28,143 bases of DNA from Macrostomum lignano (taxonomy: Eukaryota): positions 1 to 28,143 of the forward strand of contig NIVC01005034.1 in NCBI GenBank assembly GCA_002269645.1. The letters run 5' to 3'. A model generated the notes under the pieces. That model worked only from the letters and a program-made list of their open reading frames with translations. It was not told the origin of the DNA and ran no database searches. Position numbers and translations under genes: made by a program. This document shows positions 23,275-28,143 of the stretch, piece after piece. Every line of letters begins with the position of its first letter. The first letter of the stretch is position 1.

Positions 23275-23552
23275 ATAATAATTAATTATAATTGATTACA
23301 CCTGCCCAACTGGGCCCAATTGGTGCATCTGAAGGCTGCGTACGGCTGTTCAGTCCAAGGACTGGCGGGTCACACCCTCAGCTACCTTAGCTAATGCTGG
23401 TAACCAATTTACAGCTGGGTGAACTGAAGCAATGCAGAGTTAAGTATAGTGTCTTGCTCAAGGACACAAATTGTTCCAGTGGGGATCGGGAATCGAACCC
23501 CTGAACCTTCAAGTCGTGAGTCTGACGCTCTTAACCACTAGGCTATGCAATG
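23275..23552 (-). mobile_element. tRNA-derived SINE with CORE (MIR-like) domain
   Basis: Minus strand shows A box TAGCCTAGTGGTT and B box GGTTCGATTCCC. These are followed by TGTGTCCTTGAGCAAGACACT..CTTAACTCTG..CTTCAGTTCACCCAGCTGTAAATTGG, which resembles MIR CORE (TGTGACCTTGGGCAAGTTACTTAACCTCTCTG..CCTCAGTTTCCTCATCTGTAAAATGG), and by an AT-rich tail. Confidence 0.8.
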
Positions 23553-23739
23553 GTTTTATAGTTAAACAGAACTTCTAGAGTGTGTGAGCACTGGATGATG
23601 CCCTTGCCCCTTGCTCAGCCTGACTCTGAGATCTCACTCAGAACCCTGTCTGGACCTATCGGGAGTTCGAATCTCGCTCTCGGACTGCATGGCATTAATT
23701 AGCATCTCACACCTTGACTTGCATATTGATCAATACCAA

Positions 23740-24273
23740 AAAATCCAATAGAAAAAGTTGGCAGTACCCGCTCCACCATTGGCCTGGGCTGACCCCCCCC
23801 CAGTCAGCCACCCCGCCGGCTCCTGACAGCAAGTTAAAAGCGACAGCGGCCATTCCCAGCTCGAATACGCTTCCCGCAAGTCTCTCTCGGATACCTCGGC
23901 ACCACCTGGCAACGGCGACACTTCGGTAAGACGATGATTGCCCGGGCGAGCACTTTGCAGAGTTTGCGTTTGAAATGGACAGCGTTAGTTATTTATCCCC
24001 TGAATTCCCACTGGGGACAACTAGTTGGTCTGCAGCTCCGCAGAGTTCATGAAAAATTCAGACTGGGATTTTTGTGGGCCAGCGGCGCGGCTCCTGAAAT
24101 ATTCAAATTGGGGCCAATTGGGAGCCAAAGTCTTTAAAGCTGGCCTTGGTTTGGGGAAATATTGGGGAAACTCTACGAGCACTCTCTGTGGCCTTTTGGC
24201 GGTTGCTGGGAAGACTCCGCCTCGATCCCACGAGTTGCCGCCAACCCTACATTCTGACCTCTGACCTCCGCAG
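23740..24273 (+). promoter_or_regulatory. Putative promoter, non-coding exon and 5'UTR intron of the secreted peptide gene
   Basis: CCAAT motifs near 23745-23780. Donor CG|GTAAGA at 23926. Acceptor CTGACCTCCGCAG| at 24273, 48 nt upstream of ATG 24322. Confidence 0.4.
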
Positions 24274-24321
24274 AATCTGCAACATCACTAAAGCCAACAA
24301 CAGAAGAAGCAAACGAGCGCA

Positions 24322-24418
24322 ATGCAGCCTCTCCACGCCATCATCGCCCTACTGATCCTGCTGCTGGCAGCTCAGCAGGAAGGCGCGGCCAGCGCCGTTC
24401 GCGTCGCGAGATCCGCGG
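24322..24418 (+). CDS. Secreted peptide precursor, first coding exon (signal peptide and RVAR site)
   Basis: MQPLHAIIALLILLLAAQQEGAASAVRVARSA has a hydrophobic h-region, small residues at a plausible cleavage site and an R-X-X-R motif. The putative donor G|GTTTGA is weak. Confidence 0.65.
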
Positions 24419-24419
24419 G

Positions 24420-24870
24420 TTTGAACTCGGGCTGGGGGGGTTCGAACTCGGGCTGGGGGGTGGTTGGAACTCGGGCTGGGGGGGGGGGTTGGAACTCGGG
24501 CTGGGGGGGGGGTTGGAACTCGGGCTGGGGGGGGTTGGAACTCGGGCTGGGGGGGGGGAACTCGGGCTGGAACTCGGGCTGGGGGGTTGGAACTCGGGCT
24601 CGGGCTGGGGGGGTTGGAACTCGGGCTGGGGGGTTGGAACTCGGGCTGGGGGGGTTGGAACTCGGGCTGGGGGGGGTTGGAACTCGGGCTGGGGGGGTTG
24701 GAACTCGGGCTGGGGGGTTGGAACTCGGGCTGGGGGGTTGGAACTCGGGCTGGGGGTTGGAACTCGGGCTGGGGGGGGGTTGGAACTCGGGCTGGGGGGG
24801 GGAACTCGGGCTGGGGGGTTGGAACGGGCTGGGGGGTTGGAACTCGGGCTGGGGGGTTCTCGGGCTGGGA
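24420..24870. repeat. G-rich minisatellite (GGAACTCGGGCTG(G)nTT), 19-24 bp with variable G-run
   Basis: About 20 copies. G-run lengths vary, so no stable reading frame exists. Confidence 0.9.
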
Positions 24871-25084
24871 ACGGGGTTCGAACCACGAACCAGATAGACA
24901 GATCCAAGTCGTACGGACTGAAGCTTTGAGCTGAACTCGGATGGAATTAAATAGAATCCACATTATCAATTCACATATTTGCTAGACTAGCAATCCAATT
25001 CTACAAATCCCCCTAATCCACAGGCTAGACTAGCAACCCACTTTAAAACAGATTAATCCAAGCCAAAGCAACTCCCTCCCACAG

Positions 25085-25253
25085 GCCTCGGCGAGCTGGC
25101 GGGCCCGCGGGCCACAACTCAGGCGGCGGCTGCGAGGCCTTCGAGGTGCAGTGCTTCAACCACGTGGACTGCATGGCGCAGTACCGCAGCCCCAGCTACA
25201 TGTGCGCGGTAGGGGAGTGCAAGTCCACCTGCGTGCCGGTGCCCCGGCAGTGA
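25085..25253 (+). CDS. Secreted peptide precursor, last exon (six-Cys domain)
   Basis: Acceptor CTCCCTCCCACAG|. The GC3-rich frame reads PRRAGGPAGHNSGGGCEAFEVQCFNHVDCMAQYRSPSYMCAVGECKSTCVPVPRQ*, stop TGA at 25251-25253. ATTAAA lies at about 25338. This frame is not in the ORF track. Confidence 0.7.
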
Positions 25254-25525
25254 ATTTCCTCGGGACGAACCGGCCATGTCAGTCCTGGCTGAGATCATTG
25301 GCAGACTCAAAATATTTGTGCAAATAATTATGTACTAATTAAAATCAAAGATTGCTCCCGCGATCCACGGCCACGCATTGCCGTCTCGGCGAATTTCGCA
25401 TTAGTCGAATTTGCACACAGATAAATTGCTGCTTAAGACTCTTGCAGTTTTTGCTTTTTTATAAGCTAAACTTGGCACTGAAACAACTCGAGTATTGAAT
25501 TGATCCTCCTAATTAGTAATAGGTT

Positions 25526-26096
25526 AGTGGGTGAGCAGGTGGCTGGATAGACAGGTGAGTGGGTGAGCAGGTGGGTGGATAGACAGGTGGCTGGGTGTGT
25601 AGGTGGGTGGATAGACAGGTGAGTGGGTGAGCAGGTGGGTGGATAGACAGGTGAGTGGGTGAGCAGGTGGGTGGATAGACAGGTGACTGGGTGTGCAGGT
25701 GGGTGGATGGACAGGTGACTGGGTGTGCAGGTGGCTGGATAGACAGGTGACTGGGTGTGCAGGTGGGTGGATAGACAGGTGACTGGGTGTGCAGGTGGGT
25801 GGATAGACAGGTGACTGGGTGTGCAGGTGGCTGGATAGACAGGTGAGTGGGGGTGCAGGTGGGTGGATGGACAGGTGACTGGGTGTGCAGGTGGCTGGAT
25901 AGACAGGTGACTGGGTGTGCAGGTGGCTGGATAGACAGGTGAGTGGGTGTGCAGGTGGGTGGATAGACAGGTGAGTGGGGTCCAGGTGGGTGGATAGACA
26001 GGTGAGTGGGGGTCCAGGTGGGTGGATAGACAGGTGAGTGGGTGTGCAGGTGGATGGATAGACAGGTGGCTGAGTGTGCAGGTGGGTGGATAGACA
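25526..26096. repeat. 32-bp (2x16) minisatellite CAGGTGGGTGGATAGA-CAGGTGA(C/G)TGGGTGTG
   Basis: Tandem units with CAGGTG about every 16 bp. It explains ORF 25513..26097. Confidence 0.95.
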
Positions 26097-26917
26097 ATTA
26101 AAACACCTGGTCAGGGATTAAAATGCCCGAAAAGTGCAATGCAAGAACCGGGGAAAAGTCGGTCTCCCAGTGATCTGAAGAGATGAGGCCCTCGGCACAA
26201 TGCAGAGTCGCACCGGGCCAGAGCTGCCGATCGATCGAAAGTGACCGAGAAATCGTGATCCCGCATGCGCAGAGCAGGAAACTCGCGCCCCGAATTCCAC
26301 TGCGAACGCTCGCCCTCATTGAGATGCAGATGGCGGTTCTCAAAAAAGCAGACAGACACAACTGTGCGAAAACACGGGCGCTGCTGCAGGTCTGCGTTCG
26401 CGCTTTGGGGCTTGACAACACAGACAATGACTTTGGCAGCCCAGCCTCCCAGCGTCATCGCTACCCATTGCTCAAAAAAAGTAACGGCGCGGAGCCAAGC
26501 GCAATTGAGAGAGCGATTCAGGCTGGAAAGCCACTCGCTCTTTCAGTTGCCAACATTTGCTGGATGATGAAGAGCCCGCTTGAAGCAACACCCACCCCCC
26601 CCCCCCAAGCAACTCGGACAGAAAAAGAAGCTGAGAAGAACAATGCGCCGAGAGCTCAGCAAATATTTGCCTCATCCCGCAGAATTAGGAACAAAACCAG
26701 CAATTCCACCCATTATCTTTTGCTTCATCAAATTCAACCCTTGGACTCGGGGTTCAAACTCTTTGAGCGCCTTATTGATTTTACAAAGGCGCAGGGCAGG
26801 CCTTTTGAATTTCGGGCCCGGGGAAGCTCCGAGTCCGTGCCGGGCACAGTTGAGTTGGCTGCTCAGTAAAACTGCTTCAATTCAAAAACTATCCGCAAAT
26901 TTTATCTTTTTTCTCTC

Positions 26918-27129
26918 GAAAGTTTCCCAGAATTGCCGACTTTTTTGGTCAAATAAAAAGCGGCTTCGCATAATTTTCTAATTTTAGCTCCAAATTTATG
27001 GCAGCGCCGCTGCCGCAAATTTGCAAAATCGGAAAGTTTCCAGAATTGCCGACTTTTTTGGTCAAATAAAATGCGGCTTCGCATAATTTTCTAATTTTTA
27101 GCTCCAAATTTATGGCAGCGCCGCTGCCG
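26918..27129. repeat. 114-bp-period tandem duplication, each copy ending in palindrome GGCAGCG-C-CGCTGCC
   Basis: GAAAGTTTCC(C)AGAATTGCCGAC starts at 26918 and 27032. The copies are near-identical. Confidence 0.9.
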
Positions 27130-27240
27130 GCCAAAAATGCAAAATAAATTCAGTTGGAATTTCAGCGATGCCGTCAGCTCCAAGGCTACGTGCGAGGCCA
27201 CCACTGGTTTGAAAGTGCACCAGCGCTTGTACATTGATGG

Positions 27241-28143
27241 GCTGAGCAGGTGGCTGGGTGTGCAGGTGGGTGGATAGACAGTGAGTGATAGACAGGTGGC
27301 TGGGTGTGCAGGTGGGTGGATAGACAGGTGGCTGAGCGTTCAGGTGGTGGATGGACAGGTAGCTGAGTGTTCAGGTGGGTGGATGGACAGGTGCTGGGTG
27401 TGCAGTGGGTGGATGGACAGGTGGCTGGTGTGCAGGTGTGGATGGACAGGTGGCTGGTGGGTAGGTGGGTGGATAGACAGGTGGCTGGTGTGCAGGTGGG
27501 TGGATAGACAGGTGGCTGAGCGTTCAGGTGGGTGGATGGACAGGTGGCTGAGTGTGCAGGTGGTGGACGGACAGGTGGCTGGGCGTGCAGGTGGTGGATG
27601 GACAGGTGGCTGAGTGTTCAGTGTGGGTGGATGGACAGGTGGCTGGGTGTTCAGGTGGGTGGATAGACAGGTGGCTGAGTGTGCAGGTGGGTGTATAGAC
27701 AGGTGGCTGAGTGTGCAGGTGGGGTGTATAGACAGGTGGCTGGGCGTGTAGGTGGGTGTATAGACAGGTGGCTGGGTGTGCAGTGGGTGGATAGACAGGT
27801 GGCTGAGCGTTCAGGTGGGTGGATGGACAGGTGGCTGGTGTGCAGGTGGGTGGATAGACAGGTGGCTGGGTGTGTAGGTGGTGGATAGACAGCAGGTGGC
27901 TGGTGTGCAGGCGGGTGGATAAAAAGGGCTGAGTGTTCAGGTGGGATAGACAGGTGGCTGAGTGTTCAGGTGGGTGGATGGACAGGTGGCTGGTGTGCAG
28001 GCGGGTGGATAGACAGGTGAGTGGGTGTGCAGGTAGATGGATAGACAGGTGAGTGGGTGCAGGTAGATGGATAGACAGGTGAGTGGGTGTGCAGGTAGAT
28101 GGATAGACAGGTGAGTGGGTGTGCAGGTAGATGGATAGACAGG
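27241..28143. repeat. Second, more diverged array of the 32-bp CAGGTG minisatellite family; runs off the window
   Basis: Same CAGGTGGGTGGATAGA core with CAGGTGGCTG variants. Confidence 0.95.

Noticed and set aside
23470-23552. tRNA-Val(CAC)-like gene
   Set aside because: The anticodon and acceptor stems pair poorly, there is no poly-T terminator, and it continues into a SINE CORE domain.

Overview
Eukaryotic animal genomic DNA. AT-rich introns, GC3-rich Ala/Gly-rich exons and dense minisatellites resemble a Macrostomum-type flatworm, but that assignment is inference. Five genes can be reconstructed by hand. Three are co-oriented on the minus strand: Rab11 (4 exons, 14676->9369, with a 1-bp frameshift in exon 3), a divergent intron-less Mlx-like bHLH-ZIP gene (8136->7483) and PDHX/E3BP (3 exons, 6111->1306, 510 aa). 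On the plus strand are a canonical Mlx (about 17237->19656) and an unrecognised secreted six-cysteine peptide gene (24322->25253). Most long introns contain their own minisatellite, often close to a splice site. Mobile DNA comprises two TIR elements with 8-bp TSDs, a third MITE family (two copies plus a remnant), a truncated RTE LINE and a tRNA-derived CORE-SINE. Most long ORFs in the supplied track are read-throughs of tandem repeats, not genes. The best leads are (i) a possible operon in which the Mlx-like gene gets its AUG from a spliced leader, (ii) the inverted canonical/divergent Mlx pair flanking Rab11, and (iii) the secreted Cys-rich peptide.
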